In this document: positions 1 to 7,913 of the stretch, piece by piece | Numbering within the stretch: the first letter of the stretch is position 1 | Layout: each line of letters opens with the position of its first letter | Source: Flavobacteriales bacterium | Lineage (GTDB): Bacteria; Bacteroidota; Bacteroidia; Palsa-965 | Assembly: GCA_040377305.1 (NCBI GenBank) | Contig: JBEIPA010000005.1 | Coordinates: 160,001 to 224,000 of the forward strand | Reading direction: 5' to 3' | Length of the DNA stretch: 64,000 nucleotides | Position numbers and translations under genes: made by a program | The notes under the pieces: model-generated | What the model saw: only the letters and a program-made list of their open reading frames with translations | Database searches by the model: none | What the model was told of the DNA's origin: nothing

Positions 1-1
1 G

Positions 2-466
2 AGACACGGCATCCGTTTCATAGCCGCGCGACATCATGTAACGCATCACTTTCATTTTCTTCTTCAGCGGATGCTTTTCCTTTTCCGATTTCCACTTTTT
101 CGCGAGTGAATTCTCTAATGTCTCTTCGTAATCGTCCGCGCCGATTTCCTTCAGTGCTTTTCGGATTAGCACATCTGAAATCTTCCTTCTCTTCAGCTCC
201 ATCTTGATTTTCTGTTTGCCCCACTTCTTAATGCGAAACTTTCCGCCCGCATAAGCAATGGCAAACCGCTCTTCATTCACAAAATTTCTGCTGATGAGTT
301 CACCGATGATGTTCTCCACCGCGTCCGGATACAATCCCCACGAATAAAGTTTATCGCGTACTTCCTGCTGACAACGTTCCTGGTACGCACACCACGACTC
401 AATCTTAGTTAACGCAAGATTAGGGTCGGTTATTTTCTTTACGCGGGATTCCTTATCAGTGTCCAC
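2..466 (-). CDS. recX: Regulatory protein RecX (3' end runs off the window; absent from the ORF track)
   Basis: Manual translation from GTG at 466: MDTDKESRVKKITDPNLALTKIESWCAYQERCQQEVRDKLYSWG...NEERFAIAYAGGKFRIKKWGKQKI...MSRGY. CAYQERC, ERFA, WG and RGY are RecX motifs. The frame stays open to the window edge. Confidence 0.9.
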   Translation of the reverse strand, partial: MDTDKESRVKKITDPNLALTKIESWCAYQERCQQEVRDKLYSWGLYPDAVENIIGELISRNFVNEERFAIAYAGGKFRIKKWGKQKIKMELKRRKISDVLIRKALKEIGADDYEETLENSLAKKWKSEKEKHPLKKKMKVMRYMMSRGYETDAVS

Positions 467-470
467 AAAA

Positions 471-478
471 CGAAGATA
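471..478 (-). promoter_or_regulatory. Bacteroidota -7 promoter box (TATCTTCG) for recX
   Basis: Near match to TAnnTTTG, 4 nt upstream of the GTG start. Confidence 0.5.
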
Positions 479-609
479 CTCGATGTGCCGATACGCAGAT
501 GGACAGAGGCACAACAGAGACAACTGTTCGATTTGACCTTCGTCTCCTGTTTAGGAACCCCATTTCCATAGACTTTGCTATATTTATTCACCCAAACAAC
601 CCTTACACT

Positions 610-1305
610 ATGAAAAAGTTGTGTCTGGTTGTGGCGTTAATAAGCGCTATGACCATGTTTGGCCAGTCGAAGTTTGGAAACAAACCGGGTGGTCAATTCT
701 CTATTGGAATTCGAAGTACTACTTCCTTATTTTCTGACGAAAGTGGAACCGGAACCGGATTCGGCGGACAAGTACGTCTGCGATTCTTTCACCTTCTGAA
801 CTCCGAGTGGTTTGCAGATTACATCACTTCCGACATTGAAAACGGACTTGGCAACCGAACTGATTATCACATCGGATGGTCGGTCATGTTCTATCCGGGA
901 TTTGCTTATCGGAACAATGAACGATTGAAGCTGCAACCATATTTACTTGCGGGGCACTGCTTCGACTGGTCAACATTCGAAAGTCGTGATGTGCTCGAAA
1001 GAAACTATGCTGAACGATTCAGTTCTGCTGTTCAGGCCGGAATCGGATTTCATCTTCCTTTACATGAACGAGTGGATTTTTCCATGAGCGCGCAATACAT
1101 GATTCACTTCGGTGAAGAAGTCGTAGTGACGAAGCGATCGAATGTCGCAGGACATGAGTATCTCTACTTTGACACAGAGCAACCGGAAGGATTAGAAGGT
1201 CACGTGCTTGCAACGTTCAGTCTCAATTTCCGCATTGCTGATTTCTGGAAGAATAAAACAAAAGGTGTGCAGGATAAGGCACCGGTATTGGAGGAAGGAC
1301 AATGA
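610..1305 (+). CDS. Outer-membrane beta-barrel protein, function unknown
   Basis: Signal peptide MKKLCLVVALISAMTMFG (start moved from 499 to ATG 610). Alternating amphipathic strands such as AVQAGIGFHL and ATFSLNF. Confidence 0.65.
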   Translation: MKKLCLVVALISAMTMFGQSKFGNKPGGQFSIGIRSTTSLFSDESGTGTGFGGQVRLRFFHLLNSEWFADYITSDIENGLGNRTDYHIGWSVMFYPGFAYRNNERLKLQPYLLAGHCFDWSTFESRDVLERNYAERFSSAVQAGIGFHLPLHERVDFSMSAQYMIHFGEEVVVTKRSNVAGHEYLYFDTEQPEGLEGHVLATFSLNFRIADFWKNKTKGVQDKAPVLEEGQ

Positions 1306-1997
1306 AGAAGATAATCGCAATTGCTTTTCTCTCGGCTGCAGTAATCTCAGCAAAAGCACAGACCACTCAACCTTCTGACGGTGGTGAACCAGTAACCGTT
1401 CGCACACTCGCACAGATGATGCGTTTACAGGCGACCATTTCTCCGGCGTGGAGTGTAACACTTCTTAATGGTAATGACAGCATTGAATCAATAGGTGGTG
1501 GACGCACAAATGTTTACGCACACGGTACTGCAGAATACTATTGGGACGAACGTTTCTCAACCCGGGCGGATATTTATTTCCTGATCAATAAGAGTAGTGA
1601 GCCCGGTGGTGTGAAACACAATCACGGCCTTCAGATTGGCGCATCGTGTCACCTACTCAAAGGAAGCAATATCGATCCGTTCATTGGAATCCGGGCCGGA
1701 CTAAATTACACGCAAGCTCAACAGCGAAGTGAAATTTATCCGCAGACTCCCACGACGAATGCAACAATCAATTATCATCCCTCAGGACATCTTGATCCAA
1801 CGTGGGCTCCGGTTGTTGGTTGCAATTTCTACGGAGAACGGATTTTCCACTTCTTCATTGAAGGCGCATGGATGCAGGGAACGTATCGTCCTTATGCAGG
1901 TCCGCAGTTTTCTCTCGAAGAATTCCGTGTATCGGCAGGATTAGGTTTCAACTTCAGCTTCTATAAGCCGGTAGATACGGTAAGAAAGAAGATCTAA
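1302..1997 (+). CDS. Outer-membrane beta-barrel protein, function unknown
   Basis: Signal peptide; strands DPFIGIRAGLNY and VSAGLGFNF; ATGA overlap with the upstream gene. Confidence 0.65.
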   Translation: MKKIIAIAFLSAAVISAKAQTTQPSDGGEPVTVRTLAQMMRLQATISPAWSVTLLNGNDSIESIGGGRTNVYAHGTAEYYWDERFSTRADIYFLINKSSEPGGVKHNHGLQIGASCHLLKGSNIDPFIGIRAGLNYTQAQQRSEIYPQTPTTNATINYHPSGHLDPTWAPVVGCNFYGERIFHFFIEGAWMQGTYRPYAGPQFSLEEFRVSAGLGFNFSFYKPVDTVRKKI

Positions 1998-2080
1998 CAA
2001 TACGCAATGAACAATGCGCAATACGCAGTCGAAAATCGATTACTGCATATTGCGCATTGCGTATTAAAAATTGCGTATTG
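1998..2080. repeat. Inverted array of degenerate heptamers (CAATRCG)
   Basis: caatacg-caatgaa-caatgcg-caatacg-cagt followed by actg-catattg-cgcattg-cgtatta-aaaattg-cgtattg, between convergent genes. Confidence 0.85.
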
Positions 2081-2082
2081 AC

Positions 2083-4140
2083 TTACCAGATTGCCACTCG
2101 TTCGCTTTCTCCCAACCACATATTGTCTCCCTGCTTCACACCAAACGCATCATGAAATGCAGCGATGTTTGCGAACGGACCATTGACGCGCCATTTTCCA
2201 GGTGAGTGTACGTCGGTGAGCAAGCGCTGTGCAAGTGCTTCTTCACGTTGGTGACCCATCCATCCGAGCGCGTAGCCCATGAAGTAACGCTGTGCCGGAG
2301 TGTATCCGCCTTTCTTCTCGCCTTTCTTATATTGTTCCGTTTTCACAAATGCATCCCAACCGAGAAGAATTCCGCCGTAGTCCGCAATGTTTTCTCCGAT
2401 CGTTGCTTCACCGTTGATGAATTTTCCGGGAAGTGGCTCAAACTTGCTGAACTGATCGATCATCACTTGTGCACGGGATTTAAATTTCTCTCCGTCAGTT
2501 GCAGTCCACCAGTTCACCAAATTTCCGGCTGCGTCAAAGTTTCTTCCCTGATCATCGAAACCATGTGTGATCTCGTGTCCGATTGTAGAAGCTGCTGCGT
2601 AGCCGTACACCATTGCATCGTCTGCCAACGAATCGGGTAATCCCGGAATGATGAAGATAGCTGCAGGTAATACGATCTCGTTGTTCGAAGGATTGTAATA
2701 CGCATTATACGTTTGCGGTGTCATGCTCCACTCTGTGCGATCAACCGGCTTTCCGTATTTGATAATCATGTCGTTGAATTCCCATCGCGATGCATTCATC
2801 ATATTCTCGCAGTAAGAATTCGTTCCGATCACCAATGCAGAATAATCTTTCCACTTGTCGGGATAACCCACTTTCTTGGTCATCTTCGCCAGTTTGTCGA
2901 GCGCTTTTTCTTTTGTGGTGTCACTCATCCACTCGAGGTTCTGAATACGAACTGCATACACATCGCGGATGGACTCAACGAGATCGACATAACGCTGCTT
3001 CGCAGTTTCATCGAAATGTTTTTCTGTCCATAACTTTCCGAGTACCATTCCCATTGCAGATTCTTCTGAATCAAGAACACGCTTCCAACGCTCGCGCTGT
3101 TCTTCTGCACCTTGCAACATCTTGCCATAGAAATTGAAATCGGAATTGTCAATATCTGCCGACATGTAACTCGCGTAGGAAGAAACGAGGTGATACTGCA
3201 AATACGCTTTCAGAACATCAACCGGAGTTGTGTTCAAAGTCTTTTCGAGGTTCGAGAAAAATTCAGGCTGACCTACAATTACAGAATCTACATTCGCACA
3301 ACCGAGCGTTGTACAAATTGTTGACCAGTCGATAGAAGGAGTGAGTTTGCTCGTCACATCCTTAGTAGACATTTTGTTGTAGTTCTTGTAATCGTCGCGC
3401 AAGTCAGCCAGTTCGCGTGAAGATTCTGCAAGCTTTGTTTCGAAAGCGAGAATTGCAGTTGCAGCCGCATCGGCTTTGTCTTTGGTGTAACCAGTTAGAA
3501 CCAACATTTCCGAAACGTGCGCAGGATATGCATCGCGAATTGCTTTTGTTTCCGGATCTGTGTTGAAGTAGTAATCGCGATCAGGAAGACCGAGTCCACC
3601 TTGCCACAAGTGAACAGCCATCACGTCGCTATTGCGCGCATCCTGTCCAACGTAAAATCCTCCATAAAATGCACCCACACGAAGTGGCTCGAATTCAACC
3701 ATCGTGTTAATTGCACCTTTCACATCTGTAATGGCATTGATATGGTCGATCTGCGTTTGCAAGGGAGTAAATCCGAGTTTGTCTGCTTTCACAGAGTCCA
3801 TTCCCGTAGACCAGAAGTCGCCGATCTTACGCTGATCTGTTCCTTCAGCCGCATTTGCAGCAGCAGCATCAACACTGATTTGTTTCAGGTTAACGTAATT
3901 CTGTTCTTCCACGAGATGACCAATTCCCCATGAAACTTCGGAAGCAGGAATTGGATTATTCTTTAACCACTGTCCGTTGCACCAGGCAAAAAAATCGTCG
4001 GCCGGATTTACTGTAGTATCAACGTGCGACGCGAGGTAATCGGGACCTTCTGCAACAACTTCTGTTTTGTTATCGCCACAAGCGAATGCAAGAACAGTAA
4101 GAACTGCTGCAATGCCGGGAAGGAGAATCTGCTTCTTCAT
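2083..4140 (-). CDS. M13 family (neprilysin/PepO-like) zinc metallopeptidase, lipoprotein
   Basis: Lipobox AFAC, NAYY, HEITH zinc motif, GENIAD, DVHSP. Confidence 0.95.
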   Translation of the reverse strand: MKKQILLPGIAAVLTVLAFACGDNKTEVVAEGPDYLASHVDTTVNPADDFFAWCNGQWLKNNPIPASEVSWGIGHLVEEQNYVNLKQISVDAAAANAAEGTDQRKIGDFWSTGMDSVKADKLGFTPLQTQIDHINAITDVKGAINTMVEFEPLRVGAFYGGFYVGQDARNSDVMAVHLWQGGLGLPDRDYYFNTDPETKAIRDAYPAHVSEMLVLTGYTKDKADAAATAILAFETKLAESSRELADLRDDYKNYNKMSTKDVTSKLTPSIDWSTICTTLGCANVDSVIVGQPEFFSNLEKTLNTTPVDVLKAYLQYHLVSSYASYMSADIDNSDFNFYGKMLQGAEEQRERWKRVLDSEESAMGMVLGKLWTEKHFDETAKQRYVDLVESIRDVYAVRIQNLEWMSDTTKEKALDKLAKMTKKVGYPDKWKDYSALVIGTNSYCENMMNASRWEFNDMIIKYGKPVDRTEWSMTPQTYNAYYNPSNNEIVLPAAIFIIPGLPDSLADDAMVYGYAAASTIGHEITHGFDDQGRNFDAAGNLVNWWTATDGEKFKSRAQVMIDQFSKFEPLPGKFINGEATIGENIADYGGILLGWDAFVKTEQYKKGEKKGGYTPAQRYFMGYALGWMGHQREEALAQRLLTDVHSPGKWRVNGPFANIAAFHDAFGVKQGDNMWLGESERVAIW

Positions 4141-4232
4141 GTGAGGGTTTTTAGAGGTCGCAATTTACTTCGAAATTTCACTCAACACTCCGAAAAAGTA
4201 TGAACGGTCTACCACGAAGCACGACGGCACCG

Positions 4233-4398
4233 AATGTGCTAAAGGGCTAATATGCTAATATGCTAACCGATTCTGGAGGTTAACACAATTCCTCTTAATT
4301 GAAAGGAGTGACCCATTTCTGAATCACTCCTTTAGCACATTAGCAAATTATCCCATTAGCACATTATCCCATTAACACATTAACCCATTAGCACATTA
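4233..4398. repeat. Inverted array of degenerate octamers (AATRTGCT / TTAGCACA)
   Basis: Four units at 4233-4266 and eight reverse-complement units at 4332-4398; the last overlaps the stop codon of the adjacent gene. Confidence 0.85.
4302..4333 (-). terminator. Probable intrinsic terminator hairpin
   Basis: AAAGGAGTGA / TCACTCCTTT 10-bp stem downstream of the 4396-5286 gene; the U-tract is short. Confidence 0.5.
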
Positions 4399-5286
4399 TT
4401 TTGGCTGCTCCTCTTCCTTCGGCTGATCTGCCGGTACTGGATCCGGTGCTGGTGCTGGTTGTTGTTCGCCTTGAGGCTGATCCTGAATCTCAATTACTTC
4501 AGAGTTGTTCTCAACACGTTTGCCTGCTGCTTCCTGCACTGCTGCACTGTCAGCTGCTTCTTTTTCTGCTGCTGCCTGATACATGCGTTCCTGAGCCGCC
4601 ATTCCGGTGTAGAAACTATGTGTAGTGATGATCACCGCACCACCTGAAAGATCGCCGTACTCTGCAGGAATTCCTCCCGACAAAACAGTTACTTGTCCGA
4701 TTCCAAGTGCAGGAACATTGTAGCTGCCGTAGGTTTTTTCTCCGTCGATGTAGATTGCAGAAGCACCTTCACGTGAGCCACGCATGACCATTTGTCCGCC
4801 AGCACCAATTGATACCTGTGAAGAATAGCCGGTAATCATTTGTCCTACATCGCCGCGTGGACCTGCTGCAGTTTTGATTTGATCAGCATTGATGCTCTGA
4901 ATAGTTGAGAACGTTGGATCAACCGGACTTCTGCTTGCCACAACCTCCTTGACCGGAAGTGTATCAGTTTTCACAACCATGTTATACGTGATGTAAGCTG
5001 TTTGTCCGGCAGCAACCTGTACACCTGATTTTGTGTATTCCTTGTAACCGGTGAGCACAGATTTTACATCGTAAGTACCTGGATTCAGATTCACAAAAGT
5101 GAAATTCCCATCTAAGTCTGTTGCGCCACCCATGGTAGGTCCGCCTGCTGTGATCTGAACAATCGCGCCTGGTACCGGCAATCTGTTTTCATCAAGCACT
5201 GTTACTTTGATTCGTCCGTTCGTTTGTGCAGTTGCCATCGGAACAAGAAGGACAAATGCGATGAGTGTTGTAAGGAGAGTTTTCAT
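4396..5286 (-). CDS. Secreted protein: carboxypeptidase-regulatory-like domain plus TonB-receptor plug-like domain, no barrel
   Basis: Signal peptide MKTLLTTLIAFVLLVPMATA (start moved to 5286). GRIKVTVLD/PVPGA/TDLDGNF motifs. Plug motifs MRGSR, IYIDG and GGIPAEYGDLSGGAVIITT. Low-complexity A/E/Q/P tail. Confidence 0.75.
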   Translation of the reverse strand: MKTLLTTLIAFVLLVPMATAQTNGRIKVTVLDENRLPVPGAIVQITAGGPTMGGATDLDGNFTFVNLNPGTYDVKSVLTGYKEYTKSGVQVAAGQTAYITYNMVVKTDTLPVKEVVASRSPVDPTFSTIQSINADQIKTAAGPRGDVGQMITGYSSQVSIGAGGQMVMRGSREGASAIYIDGEKTYGSYNVPALGIGQVTVLSGGIPAEYGDLSGGAVIITTHSFYTGMAAQERMYQAAAEKEAADSAAVQEAAGKRVENNSEVIEIQDQPQGEQQPAPAPDPVPADQPKEEEQPK

Positions 5287-5436
5287 AATATGAGGTTTTA
5301 TAGTGTATGACTTCGTTTCTGATGGTATGACGCAGGGCAAATCATATTCCATAAGAAGTGGTGGTGTAAGCCTGAACTTTCTCAAAACAAATGGTAAGTG
5401 GCGTGCTTTGCAGATCAAGTGGTCGCATGGCGGTAC

Positions 5437-5468
5437 GATATGGAAATGTACTGATGTGCCTATGTTCC
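5437..5468. repeat. Degenerate octamer run, probably the same family as 4233-4266
   Basis: gatatgga-aatgtact-gatgtgcc-tatgttcc, period 8. Confidence 0.45.
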
Positions 5469-5556
5469 AATACAAAGAGTAGACACGTAAGAAATGACCG
5501 AAGTTGGTTTCGTCAAACCATTAACCTGGATTAAGTTTGATATCAAATCAAGTACT

Positions 5557-7080
5557 ATGAAACTTCTCTACACAATCGCTGCACTTTTCATCACCACAGC
5601 CCTGTCTGCACAGGTGTATGCTTATCAGGCACTAATTCCTGGCAGCGTTAGTACGCTGATGTACGAAACAACTGAAACTTCCACTGCATATTATCACACC
5701 GGCAGCTCCAATACGAATGATCCATTCCTGGCTGACATTCTTGTCTATAAAACCGACAAGCTTGGTACACCTGTATGGTCATATACGTACGGTGATTCCG
5801 CAGTACAAGAAGGTGGATGGGCAATACGCGAAGCCAACAATGGTACGCTCGTAGTTTATGCACAAAAAGATTTTAACGAATGGAATTCGGAAGTAGTGAT
5901 GCTGGGGCTGGACACCAATGGAAATTTACTCTGGACACATTCCTATGGAGGCAGCGCATCGGAAATCGTACAACAGTTTACGGAAACACCAGATGGAGGA
6001 TTCCTCATATATGGAACGACCAGTTCGGTGGGCGATGGCAGTTCGAACCTCTTCACAATGAAAGTGGACATGAATGGCAATGTATTGTGGGATCATGTGT
6101 ATGGCGATCAATACGCTGCTTTCGGGTTTGATGTGACTACTACTCCAGACAGCGGCTTTATGGCTGTTGGTTATTATACCGATCTGGGAGGAAACCATAC
6201 TCACTTATTGAAATTGAATTCGATCGGAGATACTGTATGGAGCAAACAGTTTGTGAATAGCGCCGACATTGAACTGGGGAGCATTCAGACCATTTCTACA
6301 GGCGGATATCTCATCACAGGAAGATGTGATACGAGTAAAGGAATGGTCATGCGCATTGATGACAACGGAAATCACTTGTGGACCCGCACCTACGACAATG
6401 GAACGAGTGTATATATAAATGAAGGATATGAACACTCCGGTGGTTTCGTTTTCGCTGGCACTCATTTCAATCAAAGCGCATCAAGTAACATGTTCCTCCT
6501 GCAGACCGATACCAGTGGAAATGTACTCTGGACTAGATCCTACGGCAGTAATGATGCAGATCAAGTCATGAGCTTACTACCAACAACCGACAATGGTTTA
6601 ATGATTTCAGGTGCCTCATGGGGATTTATGCCAGGTGTGCACGGATTCATGATAAAAACAGATGACTTAGGTGCGAGTGGGTGTAATGAGTATACGGTTA
6701 CTTTCAACGCTGGAAGCACTTCATATACTACTTCTCCATTGCCAATACCAGTGATGACCGGATTGAGCGACACTGTTATTGTAATCCCTCGCCGAGTAAA
6801 TCCCGGATATCAGAATTTGTGTGGAACTTCAGTGGAAGAAAACGCCTCGCTCAACGTAGAAGTATATCCAAATCCGGTTTCCGGTGATGTAAATCCTCAA
6901 CTAAATTCAACTGAAGTACTTCGCGTAATGATTTACTCAGTTGATGGCTCACTCCTAAGTGATGAAATTATTCAACCATCAGGCACAATTACAATTCCGG
7001 AAACCCCGGGAATGTATTTGATTCGCATGTATAAGGATGGGAATTTGTACACCACGCAACGCATCATTCGTAGCGAATAA
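5557..7080 (+). CDS. T9SS type A cargo with beta-propeller-like repeats
   Basis: Signal peptide; repeated D..GN.LW...YG and T.DGG motifs; C-terminal domain VYPNP...GMYLIRM. Confidence 0.85.
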   Translation: MKLLYTIAALFITTALSAQVYAYQALIPGSVSTLMYETTETSTAYYHTGSSNTNDPFLADILVYKTDKLGTPVWSYTYGDSAVQEGGWAIREANNGTLVVYAQKDFNEWNSEVVMLGLDTNGNLLWTHSYGGSASEIVQQFTETPDGGFLIYGTTSSVGDGSSNLFTMKVDMNGNVLWDHVYGDQYAAFGFDVTTTPDSGFMAVGYYTDLGGNHTHLLKLNSIGDTVWSKQFVNSADIELGSIQTISTGGYLITGRCDTSKGMVMRIDDNGNHLWTRTYDNGTSVYINEGYEHSGGFVFAGTHFNQSASSNMFLLQTDTSGNVLWTRSYGSNDADQVMSLLPTTDNGLMISGASWGFMPGVHGFMIKTDDLGASGCNEYTVTFNAGSTSYTTSPLPIPVMTGLSDTVIVIPRRVNPGYQNLCGTSVEENASLNVEVYPNPVSGDVNPQLNSTEVLRVMIYSVDGSLLSDEIIQPSGTITIPETPGMYLIRMYKDGNLYTTQRIIRSE

Positions 7081-7084
7081 AATT

Positions 7085-7726
7085 CTACGCGGTTACGAAA
7101 GAATTGAATTTCTTCTCGTAACCAATTGTTGTTGAAGGACCATGTCCTGGGTAAACCGTGACATCATCTGGCAAGGTGTATAACTGTGTCTTGATACTTT
7201 TCTCGAGTGTTGCGAAATCTCCGCCGGGTAAATCCGTACGTCCGATTGAATTCTGGAAAAGCACATCGCCACCAATTACGAACTTTTGTTCTGCATTGTA
7301 AAAACACACGCTACCGGGAGAATGTCCCGGTGTAAAGAGAATGTGCAGGGTCGATTGGCCAAAGACAACTGCGTGACCTTCCTGCAGAAAATGCGCCGGA
7401 GCCGGTTGTGGTCCACCATTTAAACCATACATCTGGCAAACCTTAGCAAACGAATTCAGAACCGGTACGTCTAACTCATGCATCTCGAGTCCAAGTTTCC
7501 AGTTTTCGGCCACAAATAGGTTCCCAAATACGTGATCCACATGACAATGCGTATTGAGCAATTTCACCGGCTTAAGTCCGTTTTTGGTAATGAAATTGGT
7601 CAATTCCTGCTCTTCAGAACTATTGTGGCAGCCAGGATCTATGATCACGCATTCCCGGGTTTCGTCGGAAAGGATGTAACTATTCTCGGAAAACGGGTTA
7701 AAGGTGAAAGAGTGTACTTCAATCAT
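7085..7726 (-). CDS. MBL-fold metallo-hydrolase (glyoxalase II-like, YcbL/GloC type)
   Basis: THCHVDH, TPGHSPG, GDVLF..SIGRTDLPGG, PGHG. Confidence 0.93.
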   Translation of the reverse strand: MIEVHSFTFNPFSENSYILSDETRECVIIDPGCHNSSEEQELTNFITKNGLKPVKLLNTHCHVDHVFGNLFVAENWKLGLEMHELDVPVLNSFAKVCQMYGLNGGPQPAPAHFLQEGHAVVFGQSTLHILFTPGHSPGSVCFYNAEQKFVIGGDVLFQNSIGRTDLPGGDFATLEKSIKTQLYTLPDDVTVYPGHGPSTTIGYEKKFNSFVTA

Positions 7727-7739
7727 ACCACAAAAGTAA

Positions 7740-7825
7740 GGAGTTCGGAGTTGGGAGATCGAAGTCGGGAGAAAAACGGCGCATTATTCACTTACTCCCG
7801 TCTCCCAACTCCATCTCCCAACTTG
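7740..7825. repeat. Inverted array of degenerate heptamers (GGAGTTG / ACTCCCA)
   Basis: ggagttc-ggagttg-ggagatc-gaagtcg-ggag followed by actcccg-tctccca-actcca-tctccca-actt. Confidence 0.8.
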
Positions 7826-7913
7826 CCAGAACGCCCGTGAATAGTTAACTTTAAAGTCCAACAAAACCCAATTGCAGAACATCCCTGGTCGGCTGCAAAA
7901 TGTAAAGTGAAGT

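Noticed and set aside
18-224. 68-aa minus-strand ORF from the track
   Set aside because: It is an alternative frame inside recX.
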